Below are positions 29,426-39,365 of a DNA stretch of 64,000 nucleotides, piece after piece; position 1 is the stretch's first letter; each line of letters starts with the position of its first letter. Origin of the DNA: an uncultured delta proteobacterium (lineage in GTDB: Bacteria; Desulfobacterota; Desulfobaccia; Desulfobaccales; 0-14-0-80-60-11). The DNA is taken from positions 1,408,001 to 1,472,000 of the forward strand of contig CAWETI010000003.1 in the NCBI GenBank assembly GCA_963812015.1, in the 5' to 3' direction. Position numbers and translations under genes: made by a program. Under the pieces are notes generated by a model. The model ran no database searches. It had not been told where the DNA came from and was given only the letters and a program-made list of their open reading frames with translations.

Positions 29426-30694
29426 CTAGTTGCCCGGCGTAACCCGCCCGGCGTACAGGGCCAGGCCCAGCCAGGCCCAGTTGTTGGCGTAGTAGTGGTC
29501 CGGGGCCTCGAAGTAAGCCCGGGGGCCGTCTTCACGGTAGAAGGAGAGGATTTTTAGGGCCATCTCCCGGGCGAAGTCCTGGTCGCCGGCGGCCAGGGCC
29601 CCGGCCAGGACCCCGGCGTAGAGCACCGGGCTTTCATAGTCCACCGCCGGGGAGCCGTCAAAGTTATAGACCGCGGCCAGCCGTCCCTGGGCCTGCCACC
29701 GGCCCTTGAAGAACGGCAGGAATTTGTCCTTGAGGAGCGCCACCGCCCGGGGTTCCTTAAACCAGAGGGCGTCCAGGGCCACCCGGAAGGGGACCCGCAC
29801 CGCCTCCCAGCCGAAACGGGTGTCTCGGCCCGGCGCCGGTGCGATGCGGCCGGCGGCGTCCACCCGGCACCAGTCGGGAAACAGGCCCACGCCTTTCAGG
29901 TCTCCCAGTTGCCGGCAGACCTTTTCCAAAAACGGATAGGTGGATTGGTGCAGGTGGCGCCAAGCGCTGGCCGGGGCACAACCTTCACCCCCACCCCGAC
30001 CCTCCCCCCTCAAGGGTGAGGGAGACTGGATGTTCCCTGCGGCTTCCCCCCCCTTACCCCGCATCGCCTTGGGATCAAAGTGGGCGAACAAGCGATACGC
30101 GGCCGGGGAAAAGTACGAGGGGTTGACCAGGTAGGGCGGCTGAAGCTCATGCCAGTTGCCCGGGGTGAGAAGGAGCTCGCCGTCGGGGAGGGCCACCACT
30201 TCCTTGGCCAGGATGGCATCCTGGACCCGGCTGGCTTCCTCCCGGTAGGCCGGTAGACCCGGCGGGGCCCGCCACCCCAAACGGTCCGCCAGGACCAGGG
30301 CCAGGGCGTAATCCAGATTGGCATCCGCGGCGCTGTTGGCATCCAGCACCCCCCAGGCGCCGTCCGGCCGCCGGCCCCAGCGCCAGGCGAGCAGACTATC
30401 CCCAGGCCCGGCGGCCCGGGAGAGATGTTGGTAAGTCCATGCATAGACTTGGTTGAATACGGGTTCATCCCCGGCCCACACGGCCCTCAGCAGGGCGTAG
30501 GCCTGGGCCTCGGAGATGGTGCCGCCGCCCTGCTCCGGGATGATGACCTGGCCGTCGGGCTTGATGAAGTAGCGGCGGTAGCTCTGCCAGGAGGCGGTGA
30601 GCACCCGCGTCAGGCGAGCCGGAGACGGGTCCTGGTGGCAGGCGAGGCTGAGCCCGGCGAGGAGGACGAACAGCAGAAGGTGAATTTTTCTCAT
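29426..30694 (-). CDS. Glycoside hydrolase family 8 (endoglucanase-like) lipoprotein
   Basis: Lipobox SLAC; TISEAQAYALL, LAWRW, NSAADANLDYA, NPSYF, FGWEAVRVP. Confidence 0.88.
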   Translation of the reverse strand: MRKIHLLLFVLLAGLSLACHQDPSPARLTRVLTASWQSYRRYFIKPDGQVIIPEQGGGTISEAQAYALLRAVWAGDEPVFNQVYAWTYQHLSRAAGPGDSLLAWRWGRRPDGAWGVLDANSAADANLDYALALVLADRLGWRAPPGLPAYREEASRVQDAILAKEVVALPDGELLLTPGNWHELQPPYLVNPSYFSPAAYRLFAHFDPKAMRGKGGEAAGNIQSPSPLRGEGRGGGEGCAPASAWRHLHQSTYPFLEKVCRQLGDLKGVGLFPDWCRVDAAGRIAPAPGRDTRFGWEAVRVPFRVALDALWFKEPRAVALLKDKFLPFFKGRWQAQGRLAAVYNFDGSPAVDYESPVLYAGVLAGALAAGDQDFAREMALKILSFYREDGPRAYFEAPDHYYANNWAWLGLALYAGRVTPGN

Positions 30695-31244
30695 GATCAT
30701 CACCGGCCCGGGAAGCGCTTTTGAACCGCAGGCTTCAGGCTGCGCCGGCACAACCGCAAAGATTGTGGCGCCGCGCCCCGTTGCCGCTGCCTGCAGGCCT
30801 TTTTCGAACCTTGTCACTAATCAGGACCGCATGCAAGGATAAATCTGTGATGGTCAACCACAGGAGTAGGTGGTGGACGGCAACGCGGGCCCAGGCGAGG
30901 GACGCACCAAGAATCCTATCTCAATGCCTCTTTCATCTCCGTTAACCTTTGACCGGCTCCCTCCCTCTCAAACGACCCTCTGAGAAGCCCCATGTTGAAC
31001 AGTGAGGGCGGCCCCCTTGTCTATTCTCTTCACCTCAGGGGAAGCACCAAGGGCGAGCGGGGAGAAGATTTTTCCAGGGCAATGTGAGTCAGGGAGACAG
31101 CACCACGAGAGGCAGCAGTAGGAGCGGACCCTTCAAAGCGAGTCCGAGTCTCAAGACCGGGGCTCAAAATCGGCAGGCGGGCACAGAAGATGCACAGGCA
31201 ATAAAAAAGAGGTTAACGCCATATCGCTAACCCCTTGAAATCTA

Positions 31245-31320
31245 TGGTGGAGCTGAGGGGACTTGAACCCCTGACCCCTTGAATGCCATTCAAGTGCTCT
31301 TCCAGCTGAGCTACAGCCCC
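31245..31320 (-). tRNA. tRNA-Ala (GGC)
   Basis: GGGGCTGTAGCTCAGCTGGAAGAGCACTTGAATGGCATTCAAGGGGTCAGGGGTTCAAGTCCCCTCAGCTCCACCA; 76 nt, G3-U70 pair, CCA encoded. Confidence 0.97.
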
Positions 31321-31827
31321 ACGTGCAAATAAATAGGTAACAAAACCGTGGCGGCCTGTCAAGTCCCGGAGCCGCAAATTTCTCTAGCCGCAAGCAAGAT
31401 GCTGTGTCCGGCGGGAATTTGCCACCTGAGTCCGCGCCTGTGGGTGCGCCGGCAACCGGGGCGAAGGGGGCTGGCCCGGCTCCAACCTGCGGCCACCGCC
31501 GACCCTTTAGGCCACGTGGCTGCTCAATAAGTGGCCAGGCATCTCGCTGGTGCAAGAATAAGCTGAAATCTGCGGCTACAAATAGGAGTATTGTGATCGC
31601 AACTCGGTAATAAACGGGGCCAACAGGCCGTATCCCACCCTGGCCCGGCAACGCCGGCTTTGATGCGGCAATACCATGTTTAACGGAAATTCTGGTATAA
31701 TGCATCCCAAAACGGACCGGGCCGCCACCGGGGGGCGCGGCAACGTGGCGGGGAGGATGACCGGCCCCGCCTTCCGTGGATAACGCCCCGCCCGGGGACG
31801 GAAAGGACAGGGACCTCAAACATAGCC

Positions 31828-33027
31828 GTGCGGCTCAACCAAAATCGGCCCATCGAAGCTCAGCTGCCGGCCTCAGCGGCACTTCCGGCCAGACGCCTGA
31901 ACGTGCTCCATCTTCTGGCGACCATGTCGGTGGGGGGGGCGGAGGACTTGGTGGCCGCCATTGTCCGGGGCCTTGACCCACAACGGTTCGCGGTGGCGGT
32001 GGCCACCCTGGGCCCCCCCGGTCCCGTGGGGCGGGAACTCCGGGCCCGGGGCTATGAGGTGGTCAGCCTGGGGCTGGATATCAAACGTGCCCCCGCCGGG
32101 CGGGTGGTGGGCGCGGTGCGGCGTCTGCTCCAAGCCCGCCGCCCGGACATCCTCCACACCCACCTTTACCACCCCAACTTCTATGGCCGCCTGGGGGCGC
32201 TGGGGCTGGGGCTGCCGGCGGTGGTGGCCGCAGTGCATAATTCCTATACCCGAGTCAAGTTTCATCGACGCGTGTGGAACTTTCTGCTGGCCTGGGCCAC
32301 GGACCGGATTCTGGTAGGGAGCGCCCAGGTGTGGCAAGACGTGCGCCGCTACGACGGGGTGCCCACCTCCCGCCTGGTGCTTATGCCTTATGGCATTCCC
32401 CTGGCCGAACTGGACACTCCCTTGAGCCGGGAGGAGGCCCGGGAGCGCTTCGGGGTGTCCGGCGGTTTGGTCATTGGCGCCGTGGGCCGCCTCGAAGCGC
32501 AAAAAGGCCATACCCACCTTCTGGCGGCACTGCCGGAACTGCGCCGGGAGATCCCTGACCTGGTGGTGCTCCTGGTGGGGGAAGGCCGGGAACAGGAGGC
32601 GCTCCGTCGCCAGGTCCGGGACCTGGCTCTGGAGAACACGGTGCGATTTCTCGGCACCCGGCGGGACCTGGCCGAAATTTTTCGCGCCCTGGACGTTTTC
32701 GTGCACCCCTCCCTGTGGGAAGGCCTGCCCTTGGCCCTGTTGAAAGCCATGGGCGCGGGGCTGCCCGTGGTGGCCACCCGGGTCAGCGGCTCCCGGGAGG
32801 CTGTCGAGGACGGCGTCAACGGTTATTTGGTGGAACCCGGCGACCCCGAGGCCCTGGCCCGGGCCATACTGGATCTCCATCGCCATCCGGAGGCCCGGCG
32901 GCGTTTGGGGGACGCGGCCCGGGGCACCGTGGCGAAGCGGTATTCCCTGGAGGCCATGCTGCGCCGGCTGGAAGAGCTGTACCTGGATCTCTGCTCCCAG
33001 CAGCATCTCAGAAAGTCACTAGATTAA
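31828..33027 (+). CDS. Glycosyltransferase family 4
   Basis: GGAE, VGRLEAQKG, PSLWEGLPLALLKAM, PVVAT. Confidence 0.92.
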   Translation: MRLNQNRPIEAQLPASAALPARRLNVLHLLATMSVGGAEDLVAAIVRGLDPQRFAVAVATLGPPGPVGRELRARGYEVVSLGLDIKRAPAGRVVGAVRRLLQARRPDILHTHLYHPNFYGRLGALGLGLPAVVAAVHNSYTRVKFHRRVWNFLLAWATDRILVGSAQVWQDVRRYDGVPTSRLVLMPYGIPLAELDTPLSREEARERFGVSGGLVIGAVGRLEAQKGHTHLLAALPELRREIPDLVVLLVGEGREQEALRRQVRDLALENTVRFLGTRRDLAEIFRALDVFVHPSLWEGLPLALLKAMGAGLPVVATRVSGSREAVEDGVNGYLVEPGDPEALARAILDLHRHPEARRRLGDAARGTVAKRYSLEAMLRRLEELYLDLCSQQHLRKSLD

Positions 33028-33040
33028 TGCCCTTATAAAA

Positions 33041-34183
33041 ATGAAGAAAACTTCGCCAAAATCTTTTGCCATCCTGCATACCGAGGCCTCCCTGGGCTGG
33101 GGCGGCCAGGAGCGTCGCGTCCTCGTGGAGGCTCTGGCCATGCGCCAGCGCGGCCACCGGCTGGCCTTCGCCTGTGACCCCCGGGGGGAGTTATGCCGGC
33201 GGGCCCGGCAGCAGAAATTTCCCGTGACCCCGCTGACCTTCGGGGGGCGACACAACCTCGGGGCCTGGATCGGGCTGCGCCGCCTCCTGGTCGCCGGTGA
33301 CTTTGACATTTTGAACACGCACAGCTCCCTGGATTCCTGGGTGGGGACCCTGGCCTGGCGAAGCTTGCCGACCCGGCCCCTGCTGGTGCGGACCCGGCAT
33401 CTGTCCACCCGGGTGAAAAACAACTGGCCCACCCGCTGGCTCTACCAGACCCCGGCGGCCATCATCACCACCGGCCAGGTCACCAAGGACTTGCTGATCC
33501 AGCGCCTGGGGGTGCCGGCCCGCCGGATTTTTTCCATCCCCACCGGGGTGGAACTGGCGGAGTTTGCTCCCCAGGAAAAAAACTGGGAGTTGTTGGACCA
33601 AATGCAGATTCCCGCCGAGGCCTTCATTTTCGGCAGCGTGGCGGTGCTACGCTCCTGGAAGGGCCACCTCTATCTTTTGGAGGCCTTCCATGAGCTTATT
33701 CAGGGCGGCGCCCGGGCCTTTCTCCTTCTGGTGGGGGAGGGCCCCTACCGGGTGGTGATCGAAGAGAAAATCGTCGAGTTGGGGTTGCGGCAGCGGGTGC
33801 GTCTGGCGGGCTTCCGGGACCGCGTGGCGCCGTGGTTTGCCCTGATGGACGTGTTTGTCCTGGCGTCTTATGCCAACGAAGGGGTGCCCCAGTCCCTCCT
33901 CCAGGCCCTGGCCATGGCCCGGCCGGCAGTGGGAACCACGGTGGGCGGCATTCCGGAGGTGATCGTCGAGGGCGACACCGGCCTGCTGGCGCCCCCCCGG
34001 GACCCCGGGGCCCTGGCCCAGGCCATGGGGCGGCTGCTGGCGGACCCGGATTTGCGCCGGGAATTGGGGCGCCGGGGGCGGGAGCTGGTGGTGGAACGGT
34101 TTTCCCTGGACCAGATGGCCGCCGAAATTGAAGCGGTGTACGAGGTGTTGGGCCGGGGCGGGGAAGGGGAGGGCGGGGGATGA
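33041..34183 (+). CDS. Glycosyltransferase family 4 (LPS core-like)
   Basis: HTEAS.GWGGQE, NTHSS.DSW, RTRH, LRSWKG, EGVPQSLLQA. Confidence 0.92.
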   Translation: MKKTSPKSFAILHTEASLGWGGQERRVLVEALAMRQRGHRLAFACDPRGELCRRARQQKFPVTPLTFGGRHNLGAWIGLRRLLVAGDFDILNTHSSLDSWVGTLAWRSLPTRPLLVRTRHLSTRVKNNWPTRWLYQTPAAIITTGQVTKDLLIQRLGVPARRIFSIPTGVELAEFAPQEKNWELLDQMQIPAEAFIFGSVAVLRSWKGHLYLLEAFHELIQGGARAFLLLVGEGPYRVVIEEKIVELGLRQRVRLAGFRDRVAPWFALMDVFVLASYANEGVPQSLLQALAMARPAVGTTVGGIPEVIVEGDTGLLAPPRDPGALAQAMGRLLADPDLRRELGRRGRELVVERFSLDQMAAEIEAVYEVLGRGGEGEGGG

Positions 34184-34265
34184 AATCCGTCCAGGAGCCC
34201 CGAAGGAGCGCTAACGGTCACCGGTCACCCTTGCCCTTGCATCCCCGGGCCGCGGTCCCGGCGAT

Positions 34266-35036
34266 ATGAATTTCTCCCTGGCTTACCATTGGTTGATCCT
34301 GGCCGGCCTGGCGCTGTTGGGGCTCTGGGCGGCCTCCCTGGTGGCGGTGCGCCTCTGGACCAGACACCAGGTGATCAAGGCCTTGATGCGGCAGGAGGGG
34401 GAGCCGGACCAAATCAGCATCAGCCTGCCAGTCTCCCGGCCCGAAGACCTGGCGGCCCTGGACCTGATTCGCAGTTACCGCCGCCGCTACCTGCTGAAAT
34501 GGTGGCCGGGCACCATCATCTCCTTTAAGGCCATCAACGACATGTCCATGGAGTTGATCAAGGAGATCGCCCGGGTCTACCATCCCGACGACGACCGGCC
34601 GGAACTCAAGGCTTCCCTGTCCGACCTGGTGGCGCTCCACAACCGGGTGGGCACCCGCCTGGCCGCCTGGCTGGAGACCATGCCCATGCGGCCTTTTAAG
34701 GATGTGGAGTTGGCGACGGTGTTGCGGTATCACGAGATGTATCAAAGCCTCAAGGGCCATTGGGGCTATGCCTTCATCAAGCGCCATCATCTGGACCAGG
34801 TGGCCCGATGGGGCTGGACCGCGGTGAATTTTGCCAATCCCTGGCATTGGGGCCGCAAGGCGGCCTACCACGGCGGCAAAGAGGTGGCGGCCAGGCTCCT
34901 CATGGCCCGGGTTGCCGACCTGGTGGGCGAAGAGGCGGTGCGGATCTACGGCCGGCGGCGGCCGGTGGCCAAGGGCAAAGGCCGGGCCCGGGCCGCCGCG
35001 GACCGGGAAGACGCGGCCCCTGTGAGTCATTCTTGA
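34266..35036 (+). CDS. Hypothetical protein with N-terminal membrane anchor
   Basis: 256-aa ORF with host-like codon usage, in operon orientation. Confidence 0.7.
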   Translation: MNFSLAYHWLILAGLALLGLWAASLVAVRLWTRHQVIKALMRQEGEPDQISISLPVSRPEDLAALDLIRSYRRRYLLKWWPGTIISFKAINDMSMELIKEIARVYHPDDDRPELKASLSDLVALHNRVGTRLAAWLETMPMRPFKDVELATVLRYHEMYQSLKGHWGYAFIKRHHLDQVARWGWTAVNFANPWHWGRKAAYHGGKEVAARLLMARVADLVGEEAVRIYGRRRPVAKGKGRARAAADREDAAPVSHS

Positions 35037-35095
35037 CGGCCCCGATCGGAGCGACGCCCCAGGGGCCACCCAATAACCGATTGCACCGAGGAACC

Positions 35096-35925
35096 ATGAC
35101 GTATTGCGGCGACTGGCTGGTGCGGAGTCTGGCAGCCCTCTGGTACCGCCTGGATAGGCGCCACCGGCGGATCACTCTGGCCAACCTGGAGTTCGCCTAT
35201 GGTGCGGCCCTCAGTCCTGCATCCAGGGAGCGCCTGGCCCGGCAAGTCTTCGCCCATTTCGTGCGCTTCGCCTGGGAAATCCTCGAACTGCTCCTGGCCC
35301 CCCTGGCAGTTATTCGCCGGAAGGTGGTCATCCTGGGGGAGGAGCACATGGAGGCCGCCCTGGCCCAGGGGCGGGGCGCCATCGCCATGGCCGCCCATGC
35401 CGGCAACTGGGAGTACACCGTCATGGGCTACGGACTGCAATGTCGACCGGGGGTGGTGGTGGGTCGGGAGCTGGACCAGCCCTGGGCGGCCCGGTTGGCC
35501 AGGTATCTCAGGCAGCGGGGCGGCAACTTCATGGTGGGTAAACAGAAGGGCATGAAGGGGATTATGGGACACCTGCGGCAGAACCGGCCGGTGGGGATCG
35601 TCATCGACCAGAACACCACCACCGCGGGGGGGTGTTGGTGGACTTTTTCGGCCATCCGGCCCGGACCACCCCGGTGGCGGCCCTCCTGGCCCGCCGGGGG
35701 GTGCCCGTCCTGCCCACCCTGTCCCGGCGTCTGCCGGACGGCCGCCACCTCATGGTGATCTTGCCACCCCTGCCCCTGACGAAAACCTCTGATCCCCAGG
35801 CCGACATCCAGCGCCACCTTGAACTTCAGAGCCAGACCATCGAAGCCTGGGTGCGGGCCGAACCCTCACAGTGGCTCTGGCTCCACCGGCGCTGGAAAAA
35901 CCAGTTTCCGGAGATTTATTCGTAA
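35096..35925 (+). pseudogene. Lipid A lauroyl/lysophospholipid acyltransferase (LpxL/HtrB family), frameshifted at a G7 run
   Basis: AHAGNWE (HxxxxE) and DQN in the first frame; VDFFG..TT..AALL and P.QWLWLHRRWK in the second; one extra G at 35626-35632 joins them. Confidence 0.85.
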
Positions 35926-36013
35926 AGCTATCAGCTATCAGCTGTCAGCCTTCAGCAAAAGCCAGGAAGATCGAAGACCGGGGACGAAAAACGAAAAACG
36001 AAAAACGGGAAAC
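35926..36013. repeat. Short heptamer tandem repeats
   Basis: AGCTATC-like x4 followed by ACGAAAA x3. Confidence 0.6.
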
Positions 36014-36034
36014 AATAGCTCTCGGGGGGAGAAA

Positions 36035-36469
36035 ATGACCAAAGTTGATGAAACCTTCCTATCGGCATTCAAGGAGCGGGTGGCCGCCCAGGAGATTAGC
36101 CGGTTTTGGCAAATGGAACTGGAAGAGGTGGGCCCCGGCTGGGCCAAGGTATCCATGGTCTGCCGGCCCGAAATGGCCAACATCTTGGGGATGGTCCACG
36201 GCTCGGCCATCTTCGCCCTCATCGACGAGGCCTTCCAGGCCGCGGTGAACGGCCACGGCACGCTGGCGGTAGCCCTCAACATGAACCTCACCTTCCATGC
36301 CGCGCCCAAAATGGGGGAGCGCCTCACCGCCATGACGCGGGAGCTCCACGCCGGCCGCCGCACCGCCACCTACTTCATCGAGGTGACCGATCCCAAAGGC
36401 GGCCTCATCGCCTCCTGCCAGGCCCTGGCCTACCGCAAGGATACGCCGTTGGAGTTCGCCCAGGTGTGA
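36035..36469 (+). CDS. PaaI family hotdog thioesterase
   Basis: N.LGMVHGSAIFALIDEAF..AVN, AVAL, GRRTATY. Confidence 0.88.
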   Translation: MTKVDETFLSAFKERVAAQEISRFWQMELEEVGPGWAKVSMVCRPEMANILGMVHGSAIFALIDEAFQAAVNGHGTLAVALNMNLTFHAAPKMGERLTAMTRELHAGRRTATYFIEVTDPKGGLIASCQALAYRKDTPLEFAQV

Positions 36470-36587
36470 TGAGAAGGTTTGGCCGTGCAGGCATTTATCT
36501 GCGGGATTCCGGCGGAAGCTGAGAACCTGCGCCCCCGCCTGGTTATAGCGTTTGCCAAAAATTTCTTCTGATTGCCGGTTTTTTTAA

Positions 36588-36676
36588 ATCCCCCTAAATC
36601 CCCCTTTTTCAAAGGGGGACTTTCAAAGGAATTTCGCTACGTTCCCCCCTTTTTCAAAGGGGGGGAGGGGGGATTT
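36588..36676. repeat. CCCCCTTT..AAAGGGGG palindromic repeat doublet
   Basis: CCCCCTAAATCCCCCTTTTTCAAAGGGGGACTT..CCCCCCTTTTTCAAAGGGGGGGAGGGGGGATTT. Confidence 0.7.
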
Positions 36677-36727
36677 GGGTTCTTGGAGCATGTGTCATAA
36701 CGGAAAAAACTTTTGGCATTTCCTCTA

Positions 36728-37942
36728 TCAGCCGGCGGCAGGGGTGTCGGGGGGGATGAACCCTTTCATGAGGAGATAGGAGAGGCCGATAATCAGGACC
36801 GTAATGGCCGTGGTGACAAAAAAGCCGCCCTCAAAGCCGATGCGGTCGATCACCGGCCCCAGTCCCACGGCGCTGACCATCATACCCAGGTAGATGGCGG
36901 AGTTATAGCCCCCCATGGCCAGACCCCGGAATTCCGGGGGGACGGTTTCCACGCTGAAGGCCGCCACCGAAGTAAAGGCCAGGCCCATGCTCACTCCCAT
37001 AGCAACCGCACTGAGCATGAAATGGAGCGGCTGCCGGGAGAGCCCGTAGCCGGCCATGGACGCGGCCAGGCCCAAGAGCCCCCATACCACCAGAAGGCTG
37101 CGGTGTCGCACCCGGTCGCTCAGGTGACCGAAAGGCAGGCGGGAGACGGCGTTCATCACCCCCTGGATGGCGTAGACCAGCCCGATCTGCCCGTAAGTTA
37201 ACCCCTGGTTGTGAGCATGTAACGGCAGGAAGGTAATAAAGACGCCCAAGCCGAAGCAGCCGCCGCCGGTGGCCAGCCAGGAGCCCAGCAAGGGCTGGTT
37301 GTGCCGGATTTCCCGTAGGGTGGCCCGGTTGATGGCGGGTCTGGGAGGGGGCGCCGGCAAGACGTGGCGCGCCCGGGGCAGCAAAAAGAGATTAACCCAA
37401 TAGAATAAGAAGATACTGAGGCCGGACAGGACAAAGACCATGGGAAAGCCCCAGGCCTCCGCCACAAAGCCCCCGGCTCCCGGCCCCAGGCTCATGCCGA
37501 CATAGAGCGCTGTGGTGTACCAGCCGTAGGACCGGCCCAGGTGGGTGGGAGGGGAGAACCCGGCCACATAAGCCATCATGGTGGGGCCAAACGCGGCCAA
37601 CCCGGCGCCGGAAAACAGGTAGATCCAGATGAGTTGGTGAGGCGTATGGCTGACGGCCAGGAGGAAGGAAGACGCCGCCAGCATCAGCAGGCCCAAACCG
37701 GCCAGGCGCTTCATGCCCAGACGGCCCGAGACCAGCCCCAGGGGCAGGGACAGGGTCCCGGCGGCAAGCAGGAAGGCGCCGTTGATGAGGCCCACCATCA
37801 CGGTATCGGCCCCCAGGGACCGGGCATAGAGGGGCACCACGGGAAAGCGCATGTAGGTGCCGAAGTAACAGCCCAGGACCACCGCGCAGCAGATCAACAG
37901 CAGGACGGGGTAGCTGGGAATGCGGGCCGGTTCAAGGTTCAT
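36728..37942 (-). CDS. MFS transporter
   Basis: About 12 TMs; GLVSGRLG and GHLSDRV loop motifs; RGLAMGGY. Confidence 0.92.
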   Translation of the reverse strand: MNLEPARIPSYPVLLLICCAVVLGCYFGTYMRFPVVPLYARSLGADTVMVGLINGAFLLAAGTLSLPLGLVSGRLGMKRLAGLGLLMLAASSFLLAVSHTPHQLIWIYLFSGAGLAAFGPTMMAYVAGFSPPTHLGRSYGWYTTALYVGMSLGPGAGGFVAEAWGFPMVFVLSGLSIFLFYWVNLFLLPRARHVLPAPPPRPAINRATLREIRHNQPLLGSWLATGGGCFGLGVFITFLPLHAHNQGLTYGQIGLVYAIQGVMNAVSRLPFGHLSDRVRHRSLLVVWGLLGLAASMAGYGLSRQPLHFMLSAVAMGVSMGLAFTSVAAFSVETVPPEFRGLAMGGYNSAIYLGMMVSAVGLGPVIDRIGFEGGFFVTTAITVLIIGLSYLLMKGFIPPDTPAAG

Positions 37943-38088
37943 GGGGGGGCAGCGGCAGGGGCCGGCAGGGTTCCCAGGGCCAAGGCCGCGGGGGAGGGCA
38001 GGTCAGGCCCCGGGTCCGGAACCGGCAGGAAACTGGCCGGTTAACGACCGGGGCCTAACGCCGCCTGTCCGAACCAAGGCGGCCGGCA

Positions 38089-38691
38089 TCAGGTCCGCTT
38101 CAATTCGGACACCTTGGTCCTGAGGCGCCGCACCAGTTCGGCGTATGAAGATTCATGGATGATCCGGCTGAACTGCGAGCGGTAGTTGCTCACCAGGCTG
38201 ACGCCCTCGATCACCACGTCGTAGACCTTCCACGTGCCGCCCTCCTGGAGGAGGCGGTAGTTCAAGGGAATCCGGTCATTGGGTTTGATCACCATGGTGC
38301 GCACTTCGGCGTTATTGTCGGTGAGAATCTCGCCGGTGTAGTCAATTTTCACCCGCTGGGCGTACTTCTCGATCTTATCGGAGTAGGAAGCCTCCAGCAG
38401 TTCCGAGAACAGGCGCACAAACTCATCTTGTTGGCCGCTGCTGAGGCCCCCCCAGGCGGTTCCCAGGGACCGTTTGGCCATCTCCCGGTAATCGAAATGG
38501 GGATCCACGACGTGCTTGACCATCTGGCGCCGTTGTTCTCCGGCGTAGGAGGGATTCTGGAGAATATCCAGGGCCTTTTCAATGACTTGCCTGACAATCT
38601 CGGTGGGCGGACCCGCCCAGGCCCCGGTAGCCCCCACCACCAGTTGCAAGGCTAACCCAAGGATGACGCTTCTTATCAGCAAAGCACTCAT
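38089..38691 (-). CDS. mlaC: MlaC/Ttg2D periplasmic phospholipid-binding protein
   Basis: FDYREMAKRSLG, WKVYDVVIEGVSLVSNYRSQF. Confidence 0.92.
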   Translation of the reverse strand: MSALLIRSVILGLALQLVVGATGAWAGPPTEIVRQVIEKALDILQNPSYAGEQRRQMVKHVVDPHFDYREMAKRSLGTAWGGLSSGQQDEFVRLFSELLEASYSDKIEKYAQRVKIDYTGEILTDNNAEVRTMVIKPNDRIPLNYRLLQEGGTWKVYDVVIEGVSLVSNYRSQFSRIIHESSYAELVRRLRTKVSELKRT

Positions 38692-38916
38692 GAGGCAACT
38701 CCTTTACCCTTAGAGCTGGAAAACTTTTTGCCGGGACCCGGTGATCGCGGCAGCCCCGGCCCCCCTTTCTCAAGGGGAATGATCAAGCCTGCCGCATTCC
38801 CTGCTCCAGGGGATCTTTTCTTAGTCATAATCAAAATAAGATCAAAAATCGACAAGTCAAAGGTCGCGAATCCCCGGAAACTTACCCGGGGCGGTTTTTG
38901 CGATAATTACCGGGCC

Positions 38917-39357
38917 TCACACCTTGCCATGGATGTAACTGCCGATCAATTCTTCCAGGTCGATGCCGGCTTCGGTGTTGATGATGGTTCCACCGTGTGG
39001 CACGAGTTTTTCCGAACTCCCGGGGGACAACTTGACGAATTTATCCCCGATGATTCCCTTGGTGCGGATGGAGGCGATGGCATCGTCATGAATCTTCAGG
39101 CCGTTATGCAACTTGATGCCGACCCGGGCCTGGTACTGGGGGGTGAGCCCGATGGACATCACCCGGCCCACTTCCACCCCGGCCACTTCCACCGCGGCCC
39201 CGGTTTTGAGTCCGGAGGCGCCATCAAAATTGGCAAAGATCTGGTAGCCCTCGCCGTAAATTTCCATCTTGCCCAAGTTAATTGACAGATAAGCCAGGCA
39301 AGCCAGGCCTATCAACACGAAGACACCTACGGTCAGCTCCAGATTGGCTCTTCTCAT
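38917..39357 (-). CDS. mlaD: MlaD (MCE domain) protein
   Basis: ELTVGVFV, GLKTGAAVEVAGVEVGRV, IRTKGIIGDKFV.LSPG. Confidence 0.94.
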   Translation of the reverse strand: MRRANLELTVGVFVLIGLACLAYLSINLGKMEIYGEGYQIFANFDGASGLKTGAAVEVAGVEVGRVMSIGLTPQYQARVGIKLHNGLKIHDDAIASIRTKGIIGDKFVKLSPGSSEKLVPHGGTIINTEAGIDLEELIGSYIHGKV

Positions 39358-39365
39358 AAGATTGT

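Noticed and set aside
30950..31160. Possible structured ncRNA (6S, riboswitch) upstream of the GH8 gene
   Set aside because: No recognisable consensus or long pairing found by eye; needs an Rfam/Infernal scan
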